The notes under the pieces: model-generated
What the model was told of the DNA's origin: nothing
The model's database searches: none
Seen by the model: only the letters and a program-made list of their open reading frames with translations
Shown here: in pieces, positions 1 through 7,856 of the stretch
Numbering within the stretch: the stretch's first letter is position 1
Layout of the letters: the number at the start of each line of letters is the position of its first letter
Made by a program: the position numbers and the translations under genes
Source of the DNA: an uncultured Bdellovibrionales bacterium
GTDB taxonomy: Bacteria; Bdellovibrionota_C; UBA2361; SZUA-149; CAZDWZ01
Length of the DNA: 64,000 bases
Assembly (NCBI GenBank): GCA_964509425.1
Contig: CAZDWZ010000008.1
Coordinates: forward strand, 17,011-81,010
Direction of reading: 5' to 3'

Positions 1-2
1 TC

Positions 3-194
3 TGGGCTCTGCAGGAGAGTCATGAGGGAGAGTTTTATGAAGAGCCCTTCGTCGAGCTGATGACATCACTTTCTGAGGTTCGCGAGGAACTCATCATCCA
101 GCGATCCGTCGAGCAGATCCGTCGATGCGACCGGGCAGTCCAATACCTCAAGTCCGTTCACTTCATCATGGCATTCCCCGAGCCGCCCGACTGA
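3..194 (+). CDS. 3' end of an unidentified CDS entering from upstream of the window (partial)
   Basis: Frame 3 is open from the window edge to TGA at 192-194 (...EGEFYEEPFVELMTSLSEVREELIIQRSVEQIRRCDRAVQYLKSVHFIMAFPEPPD*). No family recognised. Too short for the ORF track. Confidence 0.3.
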   Translation, partial: WALQESHEGEFYEEPFVELMTSLSEVREELIIQRSVEQIRRCDRAVQYLKSVHFIMAFPEPPD

Positions 195-274
195 ACGGAA
201 GTGTAACCGGAAGTTTCAAATGCGGTTTGTTGGCAACAGCACTCCGCGTCGATTCTAAGAAGTCTCAAAGAGAC

Positions 275-440
275 TGACCCTACCCTCAAATAGTAGCCAC
301 CGAGTTAAGGGGGTAAAACGGTGACATAGAGAGGTCAGGGTGAAAGAAGAGAAAGCCAAGAAGGAACGTAGGAACTTCACGAAAGAGTTCAAACAGGAGG
401 CCATCCGTCAGCTGGAGGCGGGCGGGGCCGGGCTTTCTAG
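275..440 (+). mobile_element. Truncated IS3-family left end: terminal repeat, leader and only the first ~30 codons of orfA
   Basis: The sequence starts 5'-TGACCCTACCCTCAAATAGTAGCCACCGAGTTAAG at 275. A ~65-nt leader follows, then GTG at 340 giving VKEEKAKKERRNFTKEFKQEAIRQLEAGG. This is the K/R-rich N-terminus plus the RRxF(T/S)xEFKxEA(I/V) HTH_Tnp_1 signature of IS3/IS911-type OrfA, recognised from memory. No orfB and no right end are in the window. Confidence 0.5.
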
Positions 441-2690
441 TTTGCGGAGTGCTGCTTCCCGGTCCACCAGCGACGGGTGTCCTAGGAAGTATCGGTGAAA
501 GCGGCCGAAGGTGCTTGGGATTCCTCCTTCTGAATGAATTTTCCGAAGTGCCAGGATCATGACCTCGGGGCTCCCCACCAGCTTTGCGGCAAACGAATCA
601 GCGGCAAATTCCTGACGTCGAGAGAGAATTCCTACGAGAGCTCCTATGAGTGGTGCGCCGAGGAGCACCCAGACGAAAAACCAGGTGCCGATCGGAAGCG
701 TCTTCGAGAACGGCATCGATTGAATGGACGAAATGAGATAATAGACGCCGATCGTGACCAGGAGCGCTGCGATTGCGCGACGCAAGACGTCGTGGTGTTT
801 CAGATGACCAAGCTCGTGCGCGACAATGGCCCGCAACTCCTCCTCCGTGCAGCGATCGAGGAGAGCCTGGGTGACGAGAATTTTCCTGGTTTTCGACGTG
901 AGTCCCGCGGCCCACGCGTTTGCGATTCTTCCCGTCGGTTCCTCGAAGACGACTATCTTCGAGAGCGAAATTCCTGAGCGTTTGCTGAGGTCTTCTACCA
1001 TCGATTTGAATTCCACGGCTTCGTGTTTCGACTTTGCCGACGAGAATAGGAACAACACCGAGGAAGACAGCAGGAAGATCGTGAACGTAACGACGACCAG
1101 CAGCAGGTTCGACGAGGCGAGCTTCGGAAAATAATAGGTGAGCGCGATCAATATCAAAAACGGGATAGTCGAAAAAAACAGTCCCCGGAGATGGGCGAGA
1201 TAGAATTTCTTCGCGGTCAGCTTTGATTTAAACACCTCTTGTTCGACTCGAATCCAGCTGCCTCGAGTGAGCGTGCTACAGAAAATCAGGAGAAAGATAA
1301 AAATCAAAGCTCCGAATATCTCTACAGCGAGAGAATAATACCACTCGCTGCTCGGAGTGATGTTTTCTTTGCCGAGAGGAAGGAGTATGCGCGGCAGAAA
1401 CCACGCGAGCGTTTCTGCCGTCTGACTGGTGAAGATTTGAAACGCATTTCCGAAGACCATCAGCGCGATAATGACGAGAATTTGCAGCTGTCTGAGGCGG
1501 CCGATCTTCCTTCCGAGTCCAAACGCGACGACTCTAAACTCTTCGCCCTCCAGAGTTTTCAGGCGGACAATGCCTCGTTTTGCCAAGTGACGGGCGATTA
1601 CTATCGGGAGAAAAAACGGAATGAGATACAGGAGAAGCATTCCAAAGGTCCGTAGGTTCAATGGACTGTAGAAAAGCGACCCGTCGCTCTTGAAATAATA
1701 GTTTTGGTGCCAACGCACCGCCGAGATGACGCGTTCGTTCGGTATCGTCAGCCGGGCGAATTCAAGCGGGACGACCGTTTTTCCGGTTGAATCTATGACT
1801 CCACAAAATTTGTCTATGCACACGGATGTGAGGCCGTAGAAAAAATAATTTGGCCCATCATACCGGGGCTCAATCACGAAATCACCCGCAGCGTTGATGA
1901 ACCCCCACTTTTTCGAGTGGAGATCGGCCGCGGGAGTTTTATCAGCGGTATACATTCCCAGTCCCGAATAGCGTTTGTCGAAGAGGGGATTTCCGTCGCG
2001 ATCGATGAACGTGTAGCCGTTTTCAAGCTCCACCGCGGCGCGGCCATCGCTGAACTCCGCGGCGTTTTTATAGGTCGGAGTGAGCACCCACTCACCTTTC
2101 TCATTGATGTACCCCCAGCGCTCTTTTTCTCGCACCGCCGCCAGGCCTTCAGAGAACTCAGACGCATCGGTAAATCGTGGTGGAATGACCGGCACGCCGT
2201 CTAAATTCATAAACCCGATGAGGCCGTTTTCGTCCGGCTCGGATGCGTAGAGGGATTCAGGGAGCGAAGGCGACGTCTCTCGCTTGGCGTAATTTTCGGC
2301 GGTGATAAAATTTCCGGATGTATCAATGAATCCGGTTCTGTTGTCGTTGCTTGTCACGAAGGCCCGTCCGTTTGAGAACACGTAAGCCTGCCGAAACGTC
2401 GGCTGAATCTTTATCTCGCCGGCCGGCCCGATGTAGCCCCAAGACTTTCCAATCAGCACGGCGGCGAGGCCTTCCGAGAAATGATGTGCGAAGTCGTAAC
2501 GAGGTTTTATTACCGCGTGTCCCGATTCATCGATGAACCCGTACTTTCCGAATTCGGCGATCAAATATCGCTGCGGTTCCTTCGTCTCGGCATGAGCCAC
2601 GGACATCGAAAAAAATGCCGCGACAGCAAAAATCGCGGCGATGATACCCCGTGAATTCAGGATGGAAGATTGGAGGAACCTCATAGGCAT
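408..2690 (-). CDS. WG-repeat periplasmic domain fused to a polytopic membrane M48 (HtpX/Ste24-type) zinc metalloprotease
   Basis: Signal-like N-terminus (MPMRFLQSS...SVAHA). Many G(F/Y)I(D/N)xxG...F(S)EGLAAV repeats including WGYI and WGFI. Then multiple hydrophobic helices, HELGHLKHHD, and a C-terminal GHPSLVDRE motif. Start placed at ATG 2690; the ORF opens at 2801. Confidence 0.85.
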   Translation of the reverse strand: MPMRFLQSSILNSRGIIAAIFAVAAFFSMSVAHAETKEPQRYLIAEFGKYGFIDESGHAVIKPRYDFAHHFSEGLAAVLIGKSWGYIGPAGEIKIQPTFRQAYVFSNGRAFVTSNDNRTGFIDTSGNFITAENYAKRETSPSLPESLYASEPDENGLIGFMNLDGVPVIPPRFTDASEFSEGLAAVREKERWGYINEKGEWVLTPTYKNAAEFSDGRAAVELENGYTFIDRDGNPLFDKRYSGLGMYTADKTPAADLHSKKWGFINAAGDFVIEPRYDGPNYFFYGLTSVCIDKFCGVIDSTGKTVVPLEFARLTIPNERVISAVRWHQNYYFKSDGSLFYSPLNLRTFGMLLLYLIPFFLPIVIARHLAKRGIVRLKTLEGEEFRVVAFGLGRKIGRLRQLQILVIIALMVFGNAFQIFTSQTAETLAWFLPRILLPLGKENITPSSEWYYSLAVEIFGALIFIFLLIFCSTLTRGSWIRVEQEVFKSKLTAKKFYLAHLRGLFFSTIPFLILIALTYYFPKLASSNLLLVVVTFTIFLLSSSVLFLFSSAKSKHEAVEFKSMVEDLSKRSGISLSKIVVFEEPTGRIANAWAAGLTSKTRKILVTQALLDRCTEEELRAIVAHELGHLKHHDVLRRAIAALLVTIGVYYLISSIQSMPFSKTLPIGTWFFVWVLLGAPLIGALVGILSRRQEFAADSFAAKLVGSPEVMILALRKIHSEGGIPSTFGRFHRYFLGHPSLVDREAALRKLESPAPPASS

Positions 2691-2852
2691 GTTCAGGAAG
2701 ATCGACCCGGCAAAGTCTCGACTAAAGCCGCAAATACGCTCGCTCTTTTTTGGATTCAGCCAGAACTGTAAGATGCCGATATCTTTCCTGTCTGATGGCA
2801 TTACGCGGCAATCGCCGTAATTTTCAAAGAGGTCTAACTACAGGGACACCGT

Positions 2853-3764
2853 ATGAAGCGCCAACGAATACTCTCAGTACTACTTCTCAGTTTCGTCCTC
2901 GTGCAGCTCTCCGCTTGCTCGGGACGTGCTACCATCCCGGTCGGAGAAATTCCTCAAGCTCAGGTTCCCGATCTCGCGAAGCGAAAATCTACATTGAGCG
3001 CTGCGTATGGATATGCGCAGCAAAACGGCTACAGCGTCACTCACGATGCTCGGCAGGAAAAGCGTCTCCAATCCATGGTTGACCGGATGGCGCGCGCTGC
3101 AGGAGCGCAAGGATTTTCATATCCGGTCGTGCTCATTGATGCTGGAGAAGACGTAAACGCCGCAGCGATGAACGGCTCGGTAATCATGGTCTATCAAGGT
3201 CTTCTTAAGAGAGTGCGGAACGACGACGAACTCGCAACGATTATCGGCCATGAAGTGGCACACATAGTCACCAAACATCACGAAGACGATGGTGCAGAGG
3301 GTCGTGAAACGGCGGTCAGTATCGGAAGCTCACTCATTGGGCTCGCGGCTGGCGTCGGAGCGGCTGCGGCGGGCGCTGGATCAACCGCCTCAGGACTTGC
3401 AAGTGATCTCGGTGAAGGCGTGTCGGCAACAGTAGGAACGGGCGCATTTGTCCGCTCGTATGACCGCGATATGGAACGGGAAGCTGATCAAGTCGGTCTT
3501 ATGATTATGTCGAAGGCGGGTTATAACCCCGAGGCTGCAGTGGCCCTCTGGCAGCGTGCGGATGAAGTTTTCGGCGAAGGCGGAGGCGGTGGATCTTTCC
3601 TCAGCACACACCCGACCAGCTCAGATCGACTGGAACGAATCCAAGAAGCGATGCCGGTCGCAAAAAAGTATTTCGATGAATCCCGACATTCAAACCCGCT
3701 TCCGCTCGACAAAGATGTCGAGAAGCCTTCAAAGAAAAAGGCAAAGAACCGGAAGAAGAAATAA
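2853..3764 (+). CDS. M48-family zinc metalloprotease lipoprotein (YcaL/LoiP-like)
   Basis: Lipobox-like LSAC after a hydrophobic N-terminus, GHEVAHIVTKHH zinc motif, STHPTSSDRLERI C-terminal motif and a Lys-rich tail. Divergent from the other M48 gene. Confidence 0.85.
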   Translation: MKRQRILSVLLLSFVLVQLSACSGRATIPVGEIPQAQVPDLAKRKSTLSAAYGYAQQNGYSVTHDARQEKRLQSMVDRMARAAGAQGFSYPVVLIDAGEDVNAAAMNGSVIMVYQGLLKRVRNDDELATIIGHEVAHIVTKHHEDDGAEGRETAVSIGSSLIGLAAGVGAAAAGAGSTASGLASDLGEGVSATVGTGAFVRSYDRDMEREADQVGLMIMSKAGYNPEAAVALWQRADEVFGEGGGGGSFLSTHPTSSDRLERIQEAMPVAKKYFDESRHSNPLPLDKDVEKPSKKKAKNRKKK

Positions 3765-4439
3765 TTATTTAACCCCGGCGACAATCTCGAGCAGCTCTCC
3801 CAGCGTCGAGATGAGAGGAGCCTCCGTTTTTCGGAGGTGACTCTCCGCCTGGGCGCCGCCGGTAAATAGGACGGCATTTACTCCGAGAGCCTGCGCCAGC
3901 TCGAAATCATGAACGGTGTCTCCGATGAGGAGCATCTCGTCCGGCCGGATTCCAGAATCAATCCGGCCCTCATCCCGAAGCTTGGTAAGATGTGAATGTC
4001 CAAGGGGGATCTTCGAGGATCCTCCTTCACCGGGGTTTCCCGTGAACAGAATAAAATCTTCCGTCACGTTGCACATCGAGACACCTGTCTCGAGAAGAAA
4101 TTGCGGATGAGAGCTGAGAATGGAGTGAGAGATTCCAGTTTTTGCCAGTGCGCGAATGACGGATTCGGCGCCGTGATGCAGCCGGCAGATTTTGCGGCGT
4201 TCAAAGTATATTTCGTGGAACTTGGCCCCGAGAATCGTGAATTCGTCGGAGGGGATGTCCCGGCCGAGGAGAGCATTCCAGAAATCGCTCACCGGAATCG
4301 TAAAGTGTTCGCGGAAGTCGTCAAAGGAGAAAGTGGGAACGTGGTGATTGGCAGCGAGATCCCGGCAGATTTCCCAGCACAGCTCCGCGTCGTTAAATAG
4401 TGTGCCGTTCCAGTCCCAGATGATGTGCCGAATTTGCAT
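3765..4439 (-). CDS. HAD-superfamily hydrolase (phosphatase-like)
   Basis: HAD motif I read as IIWDWNGTLFND. Late motif LLIGDTVHDFELAQALGVNAV. Start placed at ATG 4439; the ORF opens at GTG 4511. Confidence 0.8.
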   Translation of the reverse strand: MQIRHIIWDWNGTLFNDAELCWEICRDLAANHHVPTFSFDDFREHFTIPVSDFWNALLGRDIPSDEFTILGAKFHEIYFERRKICRLHHGAESVIRALAKTGISHSILSSHPQFLLETGVSMCNVTEDFILFTGNPGEGGSSKIPLGHSHLTKLRDEGRIDSGIRPDEMLLIGDTVHDFELAQALGVNAVLFTGGAQAESHLRKTEAPLISTLGELLEIVAGVK

Positions 4440-4603
4440 GAGAGGGGCCCGTTTGGTGTGTCCGGTGGCAAAAGTATTAAATTGAGTTTGGGGACGTAAG
4501 TGCTGCGGCACACAATACGCCGTTTCTTGGGGAATAGATAATTCTGTGATAGCCCATTCCGGATTCTGGACACTCTCAGAGACACTTTCAAGCGTGCTTC
4601 CCC

Positions 4604-5362
4604 ATGAAAAGAAAGAACATTCTTTGTATTAGCGGTACCGATACCGAGATTGGAAAAACGACGATTGCGAGCCTGCTCATTTCGGAGCTCGCTGCGCGCG
4701 AGGTGAAACTCGCAGTCATGAAACCGGTTCAGACCGAGTGCGTCGAGCTTGAATCCGGTGAGCTCTACCCGAACGATGCGGTAAAGCTCTGGGAGGCAGC
4801 CGGGAAAACTCAGCCACTCGAAGAGATAATTCTCTATCGATATTGCTCTCCTGTTGCGCCAGTCGTTGCCGCCAAAGTTGAAGGAAGACCGATCGACTAC
4901 TCGGCGATAGTTCGCGCAATCGAAGAAAAGGCTCGCACATCAGAGCTGCTCATCTTCGAAGGAACCGGCGGCATTCTTGTTCCGCTCACCGAGACGAAGA
5001 CCTTCGTCGATCTGATGCACGATGTCGGAGCGGAAACCGTCGTTGTCGTGGGTTCCCGTTTAGGAGCGATGAATCACGCGTCGCTGACATTCCGCGTTCT
5101 TCGGAACGAAAAAATTCCCTGTCTCGGATATGTGTTCAACGATCTCTTCGCGAAGGAGCCGGTGCGGTTTGAAAGAGAAGATCGGGTCGACGCGATTGGC
5201 ACGAACCGAAAGCTCCTTCGAGATATCGCCGGCGGATATGGCCTCTCTGAGCTTGCCGCGGTTCCGTATCTTCCGAACTGGGAAGACGGGAAGCCGTTTG
5301 TTTCAGGATTTGCGGACGTCGTTATGAAAGCTTTCGGTGTGAAGGGCTCGAGCGTTGGATAG
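4604..5362 (+). CDS. bioD: Dethiobiotin synthase
   Basis: N-terminal P-loop ISGTDTEIGKTT, internal EGTGGILVP, and length about 250 aa, typical of BioD. Confidence 0.85.
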   Translation: MKRKNILCISGTDTEIGKTTIASLLISELAAREVKLAVMKPVQTECVELESGELYPNDAVKLWEAAGKTQPLEEIILYRYCSPVAPVVAAKVEGRPIDYSAIVRAIEEKARTSELLIFEGTGGILVPLTETKTFVDLMHDVGAETVVVVGSRLGAMNHASLTFRVLRNEKIPCLGYVFNDLFAKEPVRFEREDRVDAIGTNRKLLRDIAGGYGLSELAAVPYLPNWEDGKPFVSGFADVVMKAFGVKGSSVG

Positions 5363-5930
5363 TCAAATACTCCAAAAGTTTGTTGAAGAGCGCCGAGTCG
5401 AAGGCAGTCTCCTCGCGGTTATAGAAGAGCTTTATCCAGAACATCGGGAGACTCTCGAGTTTTTGGTCGAGGAGCTTCGCCCGAGTGCAAACACCTTTCG
5501 AGACCTGATAGATCTCGCAAAGGACATAGGTGCCCGCGAGCGGAAGCCGTTTGCTGCAGTTCTCTCGAAGCCGCTCGTTGAGCAATTCCTCGGTGGTGAT
5601 GAAGGCGTCTCCGGACTCTCCGCGAAAGACAAGCAGAAGCGTCTTCGGGTTGAGCTCGAGAGGCTTCGGTTTCCGGAGCGAACACGGATCACGGAGCGGC
5701 TCGCGTTGTTATCTCTCGAGCTTCGAAAATCTTACGGGGTAGATCTCGAGCTTCCCGAAGATCTCGAAGGTGACACGCTGGTGTTATCGTTGAAAATTCG
5801 AAGCCCGGAGCAGTGCGAATCGGCCGTTGAAAAACTCCGCGAATTCCCCCGTGACCCTCGTTTACAGGAAATCTACGAGATACTGCTCGGCGATGTGAGC
5901 GATCCCGGCGCGATGACAATTAAGAAATAG
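5355..5930 (+). CDS. Hypothetical protein (acidic, helical)
   Basis: 191-codon ORF with a TTG start that overlaps the bioD stop by 8 nt. No motif recognised. Confidence 0.5.
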   Translation: MDSQILQKFVEERRVEGSLLAVIEELYPEHRETLEFLVEELRPSANTFRDLIDLAKDIGARERKPFAAVLSKPLVEQFLGGDEGVSGLSAKDKQKRLRVELERLRFPERTRITERLALLSLELRKSYGVDLELPEDLEGDTLVLSLKIRSPEQCESAVEKLREFPRDPRLQEIYEILLGDVSDPGAMTIKK

Positions 5931-6007
5931 CTGGAAGACGGGCGGCTGAGTGCGACTCAACAACCCGATTGCCGCCACAGGCGAGACTCTGTGGCGGCGG
6001 TATTTGT

Positions 6008-6313
6008 TCATCGAAGCTCCTTTCCGAAGCGGGTGAACAGTTCCCGGATCCCGCTCCTCACGTCCGCTTCGGTGGTGCCGTGGGGGAACGTGATCGATTC
6101 GCCGAGGATCGCGTTTCCCGGCAGAGACGGGATATCCGCGAGTACCGGCGTCACGACGACCACGTCTCCGACCCCAAGTCGCTTGACGGCGCGGTCCGTG
6201 ATGAGGACGGCGACCTCGAACGACCCGGCGGGTTCGGACGTTCCCATCCCGCTGACGCCGTCTCGCCGTAGGCCGACGTCAACCCGATGCAGATGCCTGG
6301 TGTCAGATGCCAT
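6008..6313 (-). CDS. Hypothetical small protein in a locally GC-rich patch
   Basis: 101-codon ORF whose codons mostly end in G/C. Overlapping plus-strand ORFs look like high-GC shadows. No family recognised. An internal ATG (MGTSEP...) is an alternative start. Confidence 0.4.
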   Translation of the reverse strand: MASDTRHLHRVDVGLRRDGVSGMGTSEPAGSFEVAVLITDRAVKRLGVGDVVVVTPVLADIPSLPGNAILGESITFPHGTTEADVRSGIRELFTRFGKELR

Positions 6314-6642
6314 TGCGGAGACCTCCCCATGATGTTTAGGCGCGGTATTGCGCGAGCGTGACCCATCAAAACGGGTGCTCGAACAAGTGGGCGCGGTTAA
6401 CCGATTCGCACTTCAGCCCTAGAATTAAATAGAGAGCGGAAATCAGGACTCAGCCGGACTTCGGGGAGAAAGAAGTTTCAACGATAACAGACCCCGGATT
6501 CGTAAGCCAATTTCCGGCCGCCAGGCATGCGGCCTGCTCTCTTTTGCAGACCGTAACCGTTGAAATCTGTGGAGCCTCGTGGTTAGTTGTGGGCGATTTT
6601 TCTGAATAAAAGCAAAGGCTCCGGCTCTTTCGAGAACTAAAT

Positions 6643-7809
6643 TTGGACATTCTGCCTACAACGCTTCTTATCGACTCTCGTGTGCGTGAGAGTATCGTCG
6701 CGAAGCGAATCCTTTCGCGGCTCCCGGCGAGTGTTCACGTGGAAGAACGGTCGATGCGCGGTGATCCGCTCCGGAGGGGAAGCGGTGAGGACGAGAGGCT
6801 GGACGACGGCGCGCACTCGCCGCTCTCGAACGCCGAGCGATTCTCTCTCGGAAAGAAAACTCTCTACCTCACCCGATACGACGGTGAGTGGTTGAAGGCT
6901 TGTCCGGGAACATCCGGGCATGTGTGTTGCAATTTGTGGATTGTGAATCCGGGCGAGGGCTGCCCGATGGACTGCACGTATTGTTATCTGCAGTCATACC
7001 TTATCCGAAATCCGACGCTGAAGATTTATACCAACACCGACGAAATGATCGCCGCCATCGGGGATGCCGCGGAAAAAGCGCCCGGACGTTTGTATCGAGT
7101 CGGAACCGGAGAGGTCATCGACAGTCTGGTCTGGGATGGTCTTACCGACCTCTCGCTCGACCTCGTTCCGTTCTTCGGAGAACGAGAGAATCTCATTCTC
7201 GAATTGAAGACGAAGTCGAACCGCGTCGAGAACTTACTAAAAATGCCCGAGTCCGTTCATCGTGGAAAAACCGTCGTCTCTTGGTCGGTGAATGCGCCAT
7301 CGGTGACCGCCAAGGACGAAGCTTTAACCGCGAGCTTGGACGAGAGAATTGCCGCAGCGGAAGCCGTCGTAAACGCGGGGTATCGGGTGGGCTTCCACTT
7401 TGATCCGCTGATTCATTTTGCCGGATGGGAAGACGAGTATAACGAAACCGTTTCCCGAATATTCTCGCGAATTCCCGCCGATCGGGTGGCGTGGGTGAGT
7501 CTTTCTTCCCTCCGATATCAGCCGGAAATGCGGGACGTCATGATTAGCCGTTTCCCTGAAAGCGGGATTCCCTACGGGGAACAATTCCTGGCGAATGATA
7601 AAAAGCTGAGATATTTGCAGCCGCTCCGGTTTCAGATGTTGAACTTTCTCCGCTCAGTGCTTAAAGCAAGGGGTCCCGAGCTTCCGGTGTATTTATGTAT
7701 GGAAAGTCCGGCTGCTTGGCGTAAGGTCACTGGCGGACTCCCGGCGGCCGGGGCGGAGCTCGGAGAAGTGTTTTCCCGAAGGGGCCTTCTGAATATACTG
7801 CCCGGCTGA
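6643..7809 (+). CDS. Radical-SAM DNA repair enzyme of the spore-photoproduct-lyase (SplB-like) family
   Basis: CPMDCTYCYLQ (CxxxCxxC cluster followed by YLQ). Size about 390 aa. Overall resemblance to SplB-like proteins from memory. Confidence 0.75.
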   Translation: MDILPTTLLIDSRVRESIVAKRILSRLPASVHVEERSMRGDPLRRGSGEDERLDDGAHSPLSNAERFSLGKKTLYLTRYDGEWLKACPGTSGHVCCNLWIVNPGEGCPMDCTYCYLQSYLIRNPTLKIYTNTDEMIAAIGDAAEKAPGRLYRVGTGEVIDSLVWDGLTDLSLDLVPFFGERENLILELKTKSNRVENLLKMPESVHRGKTVVSWSVNAPSVTAKDEALTASLDERIAAAEAVVNAGYRVGFHFDPLIHFAGWEDEYNETVSRIFSRIPADRVAWVSLSSLRYQPEMRDVMISRFPESGIPYGEQFLANDKKLRYLQPLRFQMLNFLRSVLKARGPELPVYLCMESPAAWRKVTGGLPAAGAELGEVFSRRGLLNILPG

Positions 7810-7856
7810 AATCAGCAGGGTCAAAATGGACCATAAGAACGCTAGGTAAAATTTAA

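Noticed and set aside
441-489. Apparent continuation of the IS3 orfA frame to a stop at 489 (…SRSTSDGCPRKYR*, reminiscent of the W-R-K-K-Y end of the HTH)
   Set aside because: This stretch is the antisense of the conserved M48 C-terminal motif (GHPSLVDREAALRK), so the resemblance is most likely coincidental. The relic is limited to about 275-440.
6732-6746. parS-like tgttcacgtggaaga
   Set aside because: The CACGTG centre is present, but the arms are not palindromic and are one base short of the 16-bp TGTTNCACGTGAAACA consensus. It also lies inside the SplB-like CDS.
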